From a virus (taxonomy: Duplodnaviria > Caudoviricetes), in IMG/VR virus record IMGVR_UViG_3300049235_000005, positions 1 to 62,499 of that record: 62,499 nucleotides of DNA, one strand, 5' to 3'. Shown in pieces: positions 9,020 to 18,531 of the stretch. Made by a program: the position numbers and the translations under genes. The notes under the pieces are model-generated. The model was not told the origin of the DNA. It saw nothing but the letters and a program-made list of their open reading frames with translations, and did not search any database. Positions within the stretch are counted from its first letter, which is position 1. Each line of letters starts with the position of its first letter.

Positions 9020-9490
9020 TTACCCTCCCGCCCCGGCTTCGTGGGCCACGTCAGTTGCCATGTCGGCATCATCGGCAAACCCGCTCACAACTGGCTCCGA
9101 TCCATTGTCCGCTGATGACTGTGCCGCCACGAACTCATGATAACCAGTCACCCCGCGCAGGTGATGAACGTTGGCGTCTGCTGCTTCATCGCAAAGAGTT
9201 CCGTCACGAAGTCTTTGCTGGCAGTGATAGTTAGGATCAACGGCTCGCTCAGCAGCCCGTGATTGCTGTAGGCTGCCGCCAATCGCCGCTGCCATGCCGG
9301 ATGCGCGCTGCGACTTATTAGCCGCCTTCTTCGCGGCCTTCTTCACCGCCGCCTTAGCCGGAGCCAGTGATTGGACCAGTAGGTCACGCTCACCCTCACT
9401 CAGCCCCCGCAGCGTCTCCAGTAGCGCCGATTCGTCATCGGTTAGCTGACGCAGCAGCGAGTAGGTGCGTAGTACGTTGCGGATGTTCAT
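9020..9490 (-). CDS. Hypothetical protein with Lys/Ala-rich segment and C/H motif
   Basis: AKAAVKKAAKKAA; C...C...H...HEF. Confidence 0.65.
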   Translation of the reverse strand: MNIRNVLRTYSLLRQLTDDESALLETLRGLSEGERDLLVQSLAPAKAAVKKAAKKAANKSQRASGMAAAIGGSLQQSRAAERAVDPNYHCQQRLRDGTLCDEAADANVHHLRGVTGYHEFVAAQSSADNGSEPVVSGFADDADMATDVAHEAGAGG

Positions 9491-9708
9491 CGATTCGTCT
9501 CCTTCTCAGCCTTCTCAACTCTAAACGTCAATAGGTTCCTGTCCGGCGCTTGCCGGTTCTTGAGCCATTGCAGGAATGTTTCAAACGGATACTCGTACGA
9601 ATATCTATCATCAGCAAGTGGCCCAAAGTGTGTGGCAACGAACTCGTCCATCAACGCCCGCAGCTGGTCTAAGTCAATGGTGATGCCGAGTTTGGTGGTG
9701 GGTGTCAT
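9487..9708 (-). CDS. Hypothetical protein
   Basis: ATGA coupling on both sides. Confidence 0.6.
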   Translation of the reverse strand: MTPTTKLGITIDLDQLRALMDEFVATHFGPLADDRYSYEYPFETFLQWLKNRQAPDRNLLTFRVEKAEKETNR

Positions 9709-9854
9709 TGGTTGTCCTCGAATCTTGCCCCGCAGCGGCAGCAGAACCGTGGCGGCTCATGTCCTGATGCGTCGTAAGTCAGACCGTCACAGTCGGAACA
9801 TGCCCACGCATCAGCCAGCATTGAGTCCGCGTGATCTAAAGTAGCAACACTCAT
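9705..9854 (-). CDS. 49-aa Zn-ribbon protein (absent from ORF track)
   Basis: MSVATLDH...WACSDC...FCCRCGARFEDNQ; ATGA overlaps at both ends. Confidence 0.6.
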   Translation of the reverse strand: MSVATLDHADSMLADAWACSDCDGLTYDASGHEPPRFCCRCGARFEDNQ

Positions 9855-10027
9855 CTCAACACCAGATCCTTATACACGTTAAGATCCACCTCCCCACACG
9901 CGCACCTATTACTGTAGTCCAGAAACACATGGGTCTTGTTGCCATCGTCACGCAGCACGCACGCGACAATCGCCTCCAGTGCCGCCTGTACCTCGTCGCC
10001 GGGGTCGTGGCTGATGTCGCTCACCAT
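9851..10027 (-). CDS. 58-aa hypothetical protein (absent from ORF track)
   Basis: MVSDISHDPGDEV...VLR; fills the gap with coupled start and stop. Confidence 0.5.
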   Translation of the reverse strand: MVSDISHDPGDEVQAALEAIVACVLRDDGNKTHVFLDYSNRCACGEVDLNVYKDLVLR

Positions 10028-12285
10028 CACGCCCCCACCTCACTAAACAACGTCGTCTGCTCGATGGTTGATTCGGCGTTGCGCAGGTTGGCGCAGGCTT
10101 GCTGGAAGTAGCTGGCTTTTAATTCCACGCCGATAAACCGCCGCCCGCGTTGCACGGCCACGTAACCAGTGCTACCAATGCCTGCAAACGGATCGCAAAC
10201 CACATCACCCCTCGCTGACCATAACCACACAGCCCTCTCGATCATATCCAGACTCATTGGGCAAATGTGTTTCTCGTCTTTATCCTCTCGCGCCGACTCC
10301 TTTTGCAGCGTTGCCGGGCTAACGTCATCCCACACCGGAGACGCATACCGTCGCCAGCGCTCATGTGAGAGGTTGCCCTGAGTAGGCGGATCTTCTCCGT
10401 AGAACACGTCCACGCCATCGGGGTGCACGATCGGCTTGTCGTTTTGGCCGGGCTTGCGAAAGGCAAGTAAGTATTGCGGGATGCCGGCGCGGACCATTGC
10501 CGAGTCCTTCATCAACTGCTTGTGCAACAACCCGAGCGACTTCGTGCGTGTCGCTTCGATCAGGGGATCTTTCCACACGCAATGCTCGGAGTGAAAGATA
10601 AATCCGGCTGATTGAAACGCGCGGATTACATCGCCGCGAAAGTCTTTGAGTCCGATATATCCATCGCGTTCTTTCATTGCTGGTAGGTTCATTACATCCA
10701 CGGCGACGATGCGGCCAACGCGTGTCAGTCGTAGTAACCCAGCAATCACGTAGTTGAAGTGTTCGTAGAATTGTGCGTCATCGCGACTATTGCCGAGGTC
10801 GCGGGAAGATGCAGAATATTGATAGAGGGCTGAGTATGGCGGCGAAAACAGTGTCAGATCAACAGACTCATCTGGCATGGACCGCAATACTTCCACGCTG
10901 TCCCCCAACCGCATCTCCCACCGCTCACCACGCTCAACTCCTGTTCGATAAGTATCCGCGGTGCGCACCGTCCCGGTGTGTACCGCCTCGGTGTTATAAA
11001 CACTCATATGCTTCACCATCTCCTTTGCCATGCGCGCGGCGTCGGCTTCCTTGCGCTGGATGTTGCGGACTACTGCGCCCTCGGCTTCGCTGGTAATTAG
11101 GTGACAGTAGACTTCATTAAGTTGACCAAAGCGCCAACTGCGCCGCGTGCCTTGATAGAGCGCCTCGAAGCTGTCACTCAGCCCGAGAAAGGCCATGTTG
11201 TGGCACTGTTGCAGGTTTAGCCCCCAGCCAAAGATCGACACCTTGCTGATTAGAATCCGTTTCTCTCTCCGTAACCACTGGGCTAGACGGGACTCCTTCT
11301 CGCTATCCGACAGCGACCCGTAAATCGACACGCACTCTTCACCACACAGTTTAGCCAGCGCGTCCTGCTCGGCGTTGAGCCCGCACCACACGATCCATTG
11401 CTCACTATCACCGCGCATCAGGCTGGCACACAACTCAACCCGCTCGCTCAGACTATCCCGCCGTGCGCCACGCCGCTCGAGCAATGTCTGCGCTTCCACT
11501 GGAAACAGATACCCGTCAAGGTTCTTCACCGACTCAACCACATGGCTAACGTAGTGGAGTTTTGGTAGCACGAACCCTTCGTCTGAGTAGTTGAGATCCG
11601 ACGGTCGTCGCATCATCACCGCCCACTGGCACATCCAGCGCCAGTACTCTTCCTCGGCATGCCCCTTGAGCCGCCATTTGCTGGTGTCGCCACCGTCGTG
11701 GACAAAGAAGGTGCTGAGCATTTCCGTGCGGGTGAGCACGCCGAGAAACTCGCTGTGGTTGCCAAGCTCCATGCGGTCGTTAGGCGCAGGGGTGGCGGAG
11801 CAGCACAGCTTCATTGGCGTGGACACGAACTTCTCGATAAGCAGATTGCGAGTGACGGCGGTAAATGACTTGAGACAGCTTGATTCGTCCAGCACCACAC
11901 CGACAAACACGCTCGGGTCAAAGTGGCGCAGCTTCTCATAGTTGGTGACGTAGATCCCCGGCCCATCAACCTCTGCCTGTGACGCCACCACGCGGCAGGG
12001 GATGCCAAACTTCTCGCCTTCCCGTGCAGTCTGGTGCGACACCGACAGTGGCGCGAGAATCAGCACTGGCGCGTTAAACTGCTCGACCACATGCTCGGCC
12101 CACGACAGCTCCATCAGGCTCTTACCAAGCCCACAATCAGCCCAGATGGCTGCTTTGCCGATGCGCAAGGCCCAGCGGACGAGATCGCGCTGAAACGGGA
12201 ACAGGTGCGGGTTAGCAGGCTCGCAGGTGAACCCACTCGCCGCCACCGTGATGCGCTTGCTGTCGAGGAAGTCAGCGTAGTCCAA
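10027..12285 (-). CDS. SNF2-type helicase fused to an N4-C/N6-A DNA methyltransferase
   Basis: ADCGLGKS, LDESS, SATPAPN, GLNLQ, RRSWRFGQ helicase motifs; FSPPY and DPFAGIGSTG MTase motifs; TTG start at 12285 after CAGGAG. Confidence 0.9.
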   Translation of the reverse strand: MDYADFLDSKRITVAASGFTCEPANPHLFPFQRDLVRWALRIGKAAIWADCGLGKSLMELSWAEHVVEQFNAPVLILAPLSVSHQTAREGEKFGIPCRVVASQAEVDGPGIYVTNYEKLRHFDPSVFVGVVLDESSCLKSFTAVTRNLLIEKFVSTPMKLCCSATPAPNDRMELGNHSEFLGVLTRTEMLSTFFVHDGGDTSKWRLKGHAEEEYWRWMCQWAVMMRRPSDLNYSDEGFVLPKLHYVSHVVESVKNLDGYLFPVEAQTLLERRGARRDSLSERVELCASLMRGDSEQWIVWCGLNAEQDALAKLCGEECVSIYGSLSDSEKESRLAQWLRREKRILISKVSIFGWGLNLQQCHNMAFLGLSDSFEALYQGTRRSWRFGQLNEVYCHLITSEAEGAVVRNIQRKEADAARMAKEMVKHMSVYNTEAVHTGTVRTADTYRTGVERGERWEMRLGDSVEVLRSMPDESVDLTLFSPPYSALYQYSASSRDLGNSRDDAQFYEHFNYVIAGLLRLTRVGRIVAVDVMNLPAMKERDGYIGLKDFRGDVIRAFQSAGFIFHSEHCVWKDPLIEATRTKSLGLLHKQLMKDSAMVRAGIPQYLLAFRKPGQNDKPIVHPDGVDVFYGEDPPTQGNLSHERWRRYASPVWDDVSPATLQKESAREDKDEKHICPMSLDMIERAVWLWSARGDVVCDPFAGIGSTGYVAVQRGRRFIGVELKASYFQQACANLRNAESTIEQTTLFSEVGA

Positions 12286-12447
12286 TGGTTCTCCTGATAA
12301 CCTGTAGCGCCACCCACGCCCCCGACAGGCTCCAGCTATATGCCAGAAACGTGCGACCTCGATAGATGGCAAAACTGAGCGGACGATTGCCGTCATGCGT
12401 CGGAAACCGTTGCGCGATGATGTAGAGGCGTGGCTGTCGCATCGTCC

Positions 12448-13584
12448 TCACCATTTCAAGTTAATCGTATTAACCAGATACTCGTAGCTGAACTCCCTTG
12501 CCGCCACTGGCGATAAGCGAACCACATGTAGCCCTTCGGTTAACTCAACCCGCGTCTTCTCACCGGCGATGTCAAGGTTCAGGTAATCAATCACCTGTGG
12601 GCCATTCATGCCGAGAGTGATAGTGTTCCCGTTGAGCGAGGGACAGGTAATAGGTAGTGACTCCTCGGACTTTCCCTGATCGCCATCACGCGATTCGATC
12701 TGTAACTCGCCGCCGCCCACCTGCCACTTGAGCCCGTTGATTACAAATGACGGTTTATCGTCACTGGTTACAAGCGCACGTTTCAGGGAGTCAGCCAGCA
12801 CGCCTGACTCAACCTCGGCCACATGGTCATAGTTGGCGGGGAACAGCGTCGCCCAGTCCAGCGGCTTATCAACCAGTAACCGCATGGTGAGCAGGCGATT
12901 GTCAGCCCGCACCATCATCAGGTTGCCATTGGCCGACACACCAATCTCCACGTCGCCGGTATTGAACTTGCGCAGGACCGGAATAACCTGTTGCGGAACG
13001 ATGACGGCGAAATCCAGCCCCGCCAGCGGCACGCGCGCAATCGCCAGCCGTAGTTTGTTTGTGGCGGCGATGGTTAGCTGGCCATTAGCAAGTGTCCAGT
13101 GCAGCCCGGTGAACTTTTGATCTCCTGTACGTACGTCACTCGCCATCGCAAACACAGCAAACGCCGTATGGTTGAGTATAGCGCTAAGCAGCTCACCCTT
13201 AATCACCACCGTCTCAGCTTCAACGGCGTCCGGCTCAGGGAAGTCGCTGGCGTGATGGCAGGGGAGGTAGTGACGGGAGCGCCCGCACTGTACCTTAACC
13301 CGCCCGTTATCGGTGCGCTCGAGAGTGATTTCGTCCTTCTCAAACAGCGCCACCAGCTGGGCCAGCGGTTTAATCGGCACACAGAAGGACTCGGGTTCGT
13401 TGACCAGTCCCGGCAGTGGGAGTTCACAGGTGAGCGTTACGTCAATTGAAGATGCGGTTAAGCGCAGCACCTCGCCAGCCTCCACGCGCACGGTTTGGAG
13501 TATCGGAATAGTCGCGTACTTGCTGATGACGGTTTGCAGCAGTGCGAGTTCAGTGGCGAGAGTGGCGCGAGAGAGGGTGATCAC
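12448..13584 (-). CDS. dnaN: DNA polymerase III beta sliding clamp
   Basis: LATELALLQTVISKYATIPIL...LTASSID...DFPE three-domain clamp pattern; GTG start at 13584 overlaps the upstream stop. Confidence 0.88.
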   Translation of the reverse strand: MITLSRATLATELALLQTVISKYATIPILQTVRVEAGEVLRLTASSIDVTLTCELPLPGLVNEPESFCVPIKPLAQLVALFEKDEITLERTDNGRVKVQCGRSRHYLPCHHASDFPEPDAVEAETVVIKGELLSAILNHTAFAVFAMASDVRTGDQKFTGLHWTLANGQLTIAATNKLRLAIARVPLAGLDFAVIVPQQVIPVLRKFNTGDVEIGVSANGNLMMVRADNRLLTMRLLVDKPLDWATLFPANYDHVAEVESGVLADSLKRALVTSDDKPSFVINGLKWQVGGGELQIESRDGDQGKSEESLPITCPSLNGNTITLGMNGPQVIDYLNLDIAGEKTRVELTEGLHVVRLSPVAAREFSYEYLVNTINLKW

Positions 13585-13982
13585 TGACGTTCTCCCAATT
13601 CTGCGCATCTTTCTTGGAGATCAACGATCTTGCCATTCAATCTCTCAATCTCATCTTCTAACCGCTCTATTTTTATATCTCGCGCAGCAAGTTTGTTTTC
13701 AAGATCAACGGTTTCATTACCTAGCATCTCAACCTGATTCTCCAGTCGCTCGATTTCCACATCGCCCATGTCGGCGGTTTCTTCTATCCGTTGCGCCAGA
13801 TACTCCACCTTCTCCGCGTCCGTCTTTACACCCAGATGCGGTGGCCAGTAGTTGAGCCGTGCGTCAGTTGCTAGTCGTTGTAATTGGTCTGCGTCCATTG
13901 TGATCGTCCTTCCAGCATAAATTTCTCCTGCGTTATCGCGGCTATCACCCGTCACTACGCCCATCGTGTGCCCCTCTCTCAC
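13581..13982 (-). CDS. Coiled-coil protein
   Basis: EIERLENQVEML...IERLEDEIERL heptads. Confidence 0.65.
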   Translation of the reverse strand: MREGHTMGVVTGDSRDNAGEIYAGRTITMDADQLQRLATDARLNYWPPHLGVKTDAEKVEYLAQRIEETADMGDVEIERLENQVEMLGNETVDLENKLAARDIKIERLEDEIERLNGKIVDLQERCAELGERQ

Positions 13983-14084
13983 TCATCATCCCAACACTGG
14001 CAATCAGGATCGTCGCTACCGCAGTGCGTACAGAACGCCGTGAACACTTCCAGCCGCTCCTCGTCGGTGAGCTGGGCCAGCTTG

Positions 14085-14528
14085 TCAACGGCTCGTTGGA
14101 TTGCTACTTGATCCATTGGTTAGCTCCCGCAATACGACTTCGACCTTCTCGTCCACCGAATCCACGCTGTCCCAACTACCCAACCGTGCGCGATAATCGT
14201 TAAAGCCACATTTTTCGGCAATGGTATCAATGGTCAGTTTAAGCAGGTTGGGAGCGTCGAATATCCTGGGCTTTCCGTTCCGGTAATGAAAAGGAAAATG
14301 GAATACGATATCGATCCGTACCGACGAAGCCGCATCCGTCAACCTGAACCTCGGCACGTGTTTCTTCGACTCTGATTTCCATTGGTAGCATTCCGTCTTA
14401 AGAAACACTTCCCTTGTGGTCCAACGGATCTGATACAACCCGTTTACGCTGACAGGTAACGACGGCAAGGTAAACCGAACCTCGTTAATCGGACTTACCA
14501 CTGCCGTCGTTGTCGTCCCATTATCCAC
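14085..14528 (-). CDS. rusA: RusA-like Holliday junction resolvase
   Basis: LPVSVNGLY...FDAPNLLKLTIDTI...FND. Confidence 0.75.
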   Translation of the reverse strand: MDNGTTTTAVVSPINEVRFTLPSLPVSVNGLYQIRWTTREVFLKTECYQWKSESKKHVPRFRLTDAASSVRIDIVFHFPFHYRNGKPRIFDAPNLLKLTIDTIAEKCGFNDYRARLGSWDSVDSVDEKVEVVLRELTNGSSSNPTSR

Positions 14529-14543
14529 CTGTCACCCCCCCCT

Positions 14544-15113
14544 TTACGCTGACGCTGCCGACTCCGCAGAGCGAAAGTTAGCTAACTCGTTTTTGAAGTC
14601 CCCGGTGCCCTCGTATTTCCCGCCAACCTTCGTCTTAATCTCTCGCCGTTTGATGTCGGCGATGAACTCGCGCCCGATCAGTGACCCGAGAAACTCATCG
14701 TTTACCCGCACGTTGCTGACATCTTCGCCCATCGCTTTAAGAAACTGCTTCGTCGGATACCTCGCCTCGTTCTGCCACCAGGGAGACTTATAAGTATCGG
14801 GAAAATCCCTGCTGTTAAACGTCAGCACCAGTTCGGGGAACAGTACCTTTTTCGCGTACTTCCCTTCGCCGTCCACTCCTTCGGGGCCGATCTGCGCCTC
14901 GATCACCAGACGTTTCACCATCCAGGTCTTCGTGTCCTTGTCCTCGGCGGTTCGAACACTCGCCTTCTTCACGTGGAAGTGAACCTTTGTCGCCGGTTCC
15001 AACACGCCCCCTTGCTGGTCTGAGAGATCCCCCACGTCCACTTCATCGGTTACATCAAAAGGGACATCGCTAGTGTCGGTATCGTCCACTGTTCCATAGT
15101 CTAATTCAGGCAT
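14544..15113 (-). CDS. Putative single-stranded DNA-binding protein (DUF669-like)
   Basis: Acidic N-terminus; KQFLKAMG...LIGREFIADIKR...KNEL; next to the AAA and nuclease genes. Confidence 0.6.
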   Translation of the reverse strand: MPELDYGTVDDTDTSDVPFDVTDEVDVGDLSDQQGGVLEPATKVHFHVKKASVRTAEDKDTKTWMVKRLVIEAQIGPEGVDGEGKYAKKVLFPELVLTFNSRDFPDTYKSPWWQNEARYPTKQFLKAMGEDVSNVRVNDEFLGSLIGREFIADIKRREIKTKVGGKYEGTGDFKNELANFRSAESAASA

Positions 15114-15150
15114 AGTTATTCCTCACTTGTGGTTAGTTGGTTAGAGTTAA

Positions 15151-15173
15151 GAAGCCCCTCAGTGACGGGCTTC
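15151..15173 (-). terminator. Hairpin, possible terminator or processing site
   Basis: GAAGCCC-9 nt-GGGCTTC. Confidence 0.35.
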
Positions 15174-15190
15174 AGTGAAAACACCTGTAG

Positions 15191-16057
15191 CTACGACGAG
15201 GTGGCGGGTTTAGCCGTTAGTGTCGGCGGCTTCAGTCCGTTGCGCGCGGTCGTCGTAAGAATTTCGTAAAAACTCTTGTTTGTAATGTCGATCTTCGGCG
15301 GCAGTCCATATTTATTCTTAGCTTGAATAATTGTTTGCATCGCCGGAGTCTTCTGGCAGTAGGCCCAGTAGTTAAGTGTTTGATTCCCTTTCTCGTCCTT
15401 GCCCACTTTGTGCTCAAGGTAGATGACCGCGCCAGGGAGTCCGTCGATGGTGTTGCGAAAGGAACCAATGATACGCGGCGCGATATCGCTGTCCTTAACT
15501 GTTTTCTTCTCCATTGCTTCGTCGCTCTCACGTTGAATGTGGCAGGTCATCACGACGTTCAACCGCAACCTCGTTGCCATTGTGAGAAAGTCGGCGCGAA
15601 TGAACTCGTTGAGGAAGATCGACAGTGAGTCGAAGGCGGCGAACTTGTTCGATTCGTTAGCGGGGTTCGCTTTGATCTGTGCCCACTTCATCTGCATAAA
15701 GTAGGTCAACCCGTCGAGAGTGATCGTCTTCACTTTACCCTCTTTCGCCAACTGTTTGGCGTGGGCGAGGATGCCATAGATCGACGAGCGGTCCTCCGCG
15801 TTCGTCGTTCGCTTGAACGCGTCTTTTAACTCACTCGACTGCTCACTGTTGAACTCTTCCAGATGCACGAGATTCTTCGCCAGCTGAACACTGCGGGCGC
15901 GTTGCAGCTTGAGAAACTCTAACCCGACAGGGTCGCACGCAATCACGTAGTTCGCGGGAAAGGTGAGGGCGAGATCCGACTTACCTGCATCCGGTGGTCC
16001 ATTGACCAGTAGGATGTAGATTGGGGCGGCGCTTAGAAACTCGGCTGCTGTTGGCAT
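15191..16057 (-). CDS. AAA-family NTPase (Sak4/AAA_24-like recombination protein)
   Basis: GPPDAGKS Walker A, ITLDGLT Walker B, VVMTCH; start MPTAAEF after AGAGGGA. Confidence 0.8.
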   Translation of the reverse strand: MPTAAEFLSAAPIYILLVNGPPDAGKSDLALTFPANYVIACDPVGLEFLKLQRARSVQLAKNLVHLEEFNSEQSSELKDAFKRTTNAEDRSSIYGILAHAKQLAKEGKVKTITLDGLTYFMQMKWAQIKANPANESNKFAAFDSLSIFLNEFIRADFLTMATRLRLNVVMTCHIQRESDEAMEKKTVKDSDIAPRIIGSFRNTIDGLPGAVIYLEHKVGKDEKGNQTLNYWAYCQKTPAMQTIIQAKNKYGLPPKIDITNKSFYEILTTTARNGLKPPTLTAKPATSS

Positions 16058-16067
16058 AGATCCCTCT

Positions 16068-17012
16068 TTAGACTTCGATTGTAATTTCCATCGGCGCGTC
16101 GTACAACACCACGTCGCCACACTTACCATCGTGGCCCACGTCCAATACGCATCGACGTAACTCCTCTGTCGGCTGGTTACACACTCGCCTGTATTGGACT
16201 TCGATCAGTTCATCGTCCTGCGGATAGGACCAGCCAGCGGAACAGATGGGACGATAGGAGCAGAAGCGGCAGGAGTTAGTGTTGATGCGCCAGATTCCAG
16301 TCTGACGGCTTCTCTCTATATCGGCGATCCAGTCCTGCTCAGATCTCTGTTCTATCGCCAACTGTTCCTCGTTGCGATTGAACATCTGACGCTCGAACGC
16401 ATACCAGAACCCGGCGGGTTCACCTTTATACGCATGTTGGCGAAATCGAAAGCTGAGTGCGTTGATATAGAACCCGTCGCATTCCCCGAACCGTTCTTTG
16501 ATATACCTGTAGTAGCCGGTGATCTGACTATTCGGGTTAAACTGTACCCAGTAGTCGGAGTTAAGATATTTACCTGTCGTCTTGTGGTCGAACCCGAACA
16601 CTCCGCCGATTTCCAAACTCTCCATCACGAGGTCTAAGTGGACGACGTGACCGTCTTCGCGGGCATCGGCCTTCTCGCAGGAGATTACACGCCACTTACG
16701 ATCCTCGTCAGCCCAGCGACGCGCGTAGGCAGCGAGTGCGACTACGCCGTTCTCTCGGGTTTTTGCTAGATCGCTCGGGTCTAACTGAACCGGATAGGTG
16801 GAGAGAAACGCCTGTTGAGACGACTTCAAAGTGTCGCCGAGGTAGAGATGTCGCAGCCCCTCATGGATCGCTTCTCCAAACCGCAGATGATGATCCGACG
16901 ATTCATCCCCTCGCTTACGCAACCCTACCTCGTACTCGTAGAAGTAACGCAATGGACACTGCTTGTAACTGTCCAGTTGACTGTGCGAGTAAGTAGGGGA
17001 CGGTGGCGGCAT
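16068..17012 (-). CDS. PD-(D/E)XK Cas4/RecB-like exonuclease
   Basis: SHSQLDSYKQCP, FGEAIH, DHKTT, QITGY, CRFCSYRPIC. Confidence 0.88.
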   Translation of the reverse strand: MPPPSPTYSHSQLDSYKQCPLRYFYEYEVGLRKRGDESSDHHLRFGEAIHEGLRHLYLGDTLKSSQQAFLSTYPVQLDPSDLAKTRENGVVALAAYARRWADEDRKWRVISCEKADAREDGHVVHLDLVMESLEIGGVFGFDHKTTGKYLNSDYWVQFNPNSQITGYYRYIKERFGECDGFYINALSFRFRQHAYKGEPAGFWYAFERQMFNRNEEQLAIEQRSEQDWIADIERSRQTGIWRINTNSCRFCSYRPICSAGWSYPQDDELIEVQYRRVCNQPTEELRRCVLDVGHDGKCGDVVLYDAPMEITIEV

Positions 17013-17017
17013 AGTGG

Positions 17018-17134
17018 TTAAAGTTTCGGTTTCTTATCCCAGTGTCGCGATTTACAATTAGGGCACTCTCTCGGCTTGATTACCCGTGGCGACCAGCGGT
17101 GATGACAGCGCTTGCATTTAATTGTCGTCGTCAT
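17018..17134 (-). CDS. 38-aa Zn-ribbon protein, probable DNA-binding regulator (absent from ORF track)
   Basis: MTTTIKCKRCHHRWSPRVIKPRECPNCKSRHWDKKPKL; promoter directly upstream. Confidence 0.75.
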   Translation of the reverse strand: MTTTIKCKRCHHRWSPRVIKPRECPNCKSRHWDKKPKL

Positions 17135-17142
17135 GGGTGAGC

Positions 17143-17171
17143 ATCATAATCATAGTCATAGCGGCTGTCAA
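17143..17171 (-). promoter_or_regulatory. Sigma70 promoter (leaderless-type) with three overlapping YTATGA direct repeats
   Basis: TTGACA-17 bp-TATGAT, then 8 nt to the ATG at 17134; CTATGA CTATGA TTATGA. Confidence 0.75.
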
Positions 17172-17184
17172 TAGGTTATTTCAG

Positions 17185-18531
17185 TTAAATCCATCTCGCC
17201 ACTCGTGGGTCGATCTTACAGCGGTTTGCCAACAGTTCCGGCGTACCAACTATCCGCAGTCCTTCCGGTGTGCGGCAACGGCTCACCGCAACGTACGTCA
17301 TCGCAGGGGATGAAAAGAAGAAGTTGCGCAGATCGAGTTGCACGCGGTCCAACGTCAACCCTTGCGATTTGTGAACAGTCGAGGCCCACGCGAGCCGCAA
17401 CGGCAGATATTGCACTGCGCCAATCACGTACTTCTCCGTCTGCTCGTCGAAGTGCGGCTGACCCCATGTCGGCGTAGGCGCTATCGCCCCGCACTCGTCG
17501 GGATCGACAGTGTGCACACTCCTCGTAATCACTCCCACGTCTACAACAGTGTCGTTGCGAGCCAGTCGTACTTGAATCCGTGTGGCGTCTCGGCCAACGA
17601 TTAGCCCGCAGTCACCGTTGGCGTAGTTAAACTCCTTCGTGTCGTTAGCGAGAATCATCACATAGGCTCCTATCTTCAACTCCAGTCGCGGTGGGATATG
17701 CGACCATTCACCCGGCGGACGCGCCACGTGCCAGCGTTTCGAGTTGACGACGAACTTCTCGCCTCGGACTCGTTGCAGCGCCTGCCAGTTGAACCTGTCC
17801 ACCTCGTCGTTCTTCGCCATGATGGTCGTGCCGGGGAAGTGGAGGTCGAGAGCGGAGGAGAACTCAGTGGTGGTCGATCTCAGCATCGTGGCAGAGTCGG
17901 CACCTTCCCCTGCCCGCAGGTGGTTGATCGCTCTGAGAAACTGCTCATCACCCTGTCGCCAGTTCTTCTCCAGTCGCGTCGTCTCTGCGTCGAACTCCGG
18001 CCAGCATTCGGCCTCAAACAACCACCGCGCCTTGATTGGCGGGAGCTGACAGAGATCGCCCACCAGCACCAATCCTAGCCCCTCGGGGTTCTTACCCTTC
18101 ATCACACTCTTCCGTTGATTCGCCTCCCTTACCGCCTGATACAGCGTGTCGAGCTGCTCGGCGGGCATCATCGACACTTCGTCAATGTAGAGGTTGCGGT
18201 AGGAGTGCGCGATCTTCGCCAGTCGCGTCACCAGTCGGCCTGATACGAACCCATTCACCATCGACTCAGTGTCGAAGTAGCGTAGCTGGGAATTGATCGT
18301 CACCGTGCCGAGATTGACGCCCGCGATCCCCGTAGTAGCGCACAGTAGTCCCTCGGCTGGATCGTTGCGGATCTGTTCGCGCACTTGATAGGTTTTCCCG
18401 GTTCCGGCAGCCCCGGTGATGAACGCACAGCGAGGCGGCGCACCATAGTCGTCGAGATCGAGGTCGAAACTGTCGTTAATGTCAGTGTCGTTGTTAGTGT
18501 TAATTTCAGTCATCATTGGCTGTACCATCAC
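17185..18531 (-). CDS. Pif1/RecD-like SF1B helicase
   Basis: ITGAAGTGKT, IDEVSM, VGDLCQLPP, NWRQ, STVHKSQGLT, YVAVSR. Confidence 0.93.
   Translation of the reverse strand: MMVQPMMTEINTNNDTDINDSFDLDLDDYGAPPRCAFITGAAGTGKTYQVREQIRNDPAEGLLCATTGIAGVNLGTVTINSQLRYFDTESMVNGFVSGRLVTRLAKIAHSYRNLYIDEVSMMPAEQLDTLYQAVREANQRKSVMKGKNPEGLGLVLVGDLCQLPPIKARWLFEAECWPEFDAETTRLEKNWRQGDEQFLRAINHLRAGEGADSATMLRSTTTEFSSALDLHFPGTTIMAKNDEVDRFNWQALQRVRGEKFVVNSKRWHVARPPGEWSHIPPRLELKIGAYVMILANDTKEFNYANGDCGLIVGRDATRIQVRLARNDTVVDVGVITRSVHTVDPDECGAIAPTPTWGQPHFDEQTEKYVIGAVQYLPLRLAWASTVHKSQGLTLDRVQLDLRNFFFSSPAMTYVAVSRCRTPEGLRIVGTPELLANRCKIDPRVARWI

Noticed and set aside
9752-9830. Long hairpin CTGATGCGT/ACGCATCAG as an ncRNA
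   Set aside because: Falls wholly within a well-coupled 49-aa Zn-ribbon ORF (9705-9854)
16068-17012. Cas4 as part of a CRISPR system
   Set aside because: No cas1/cas2 or array; the context is a standard nuclease-AAA-SSB recombination module
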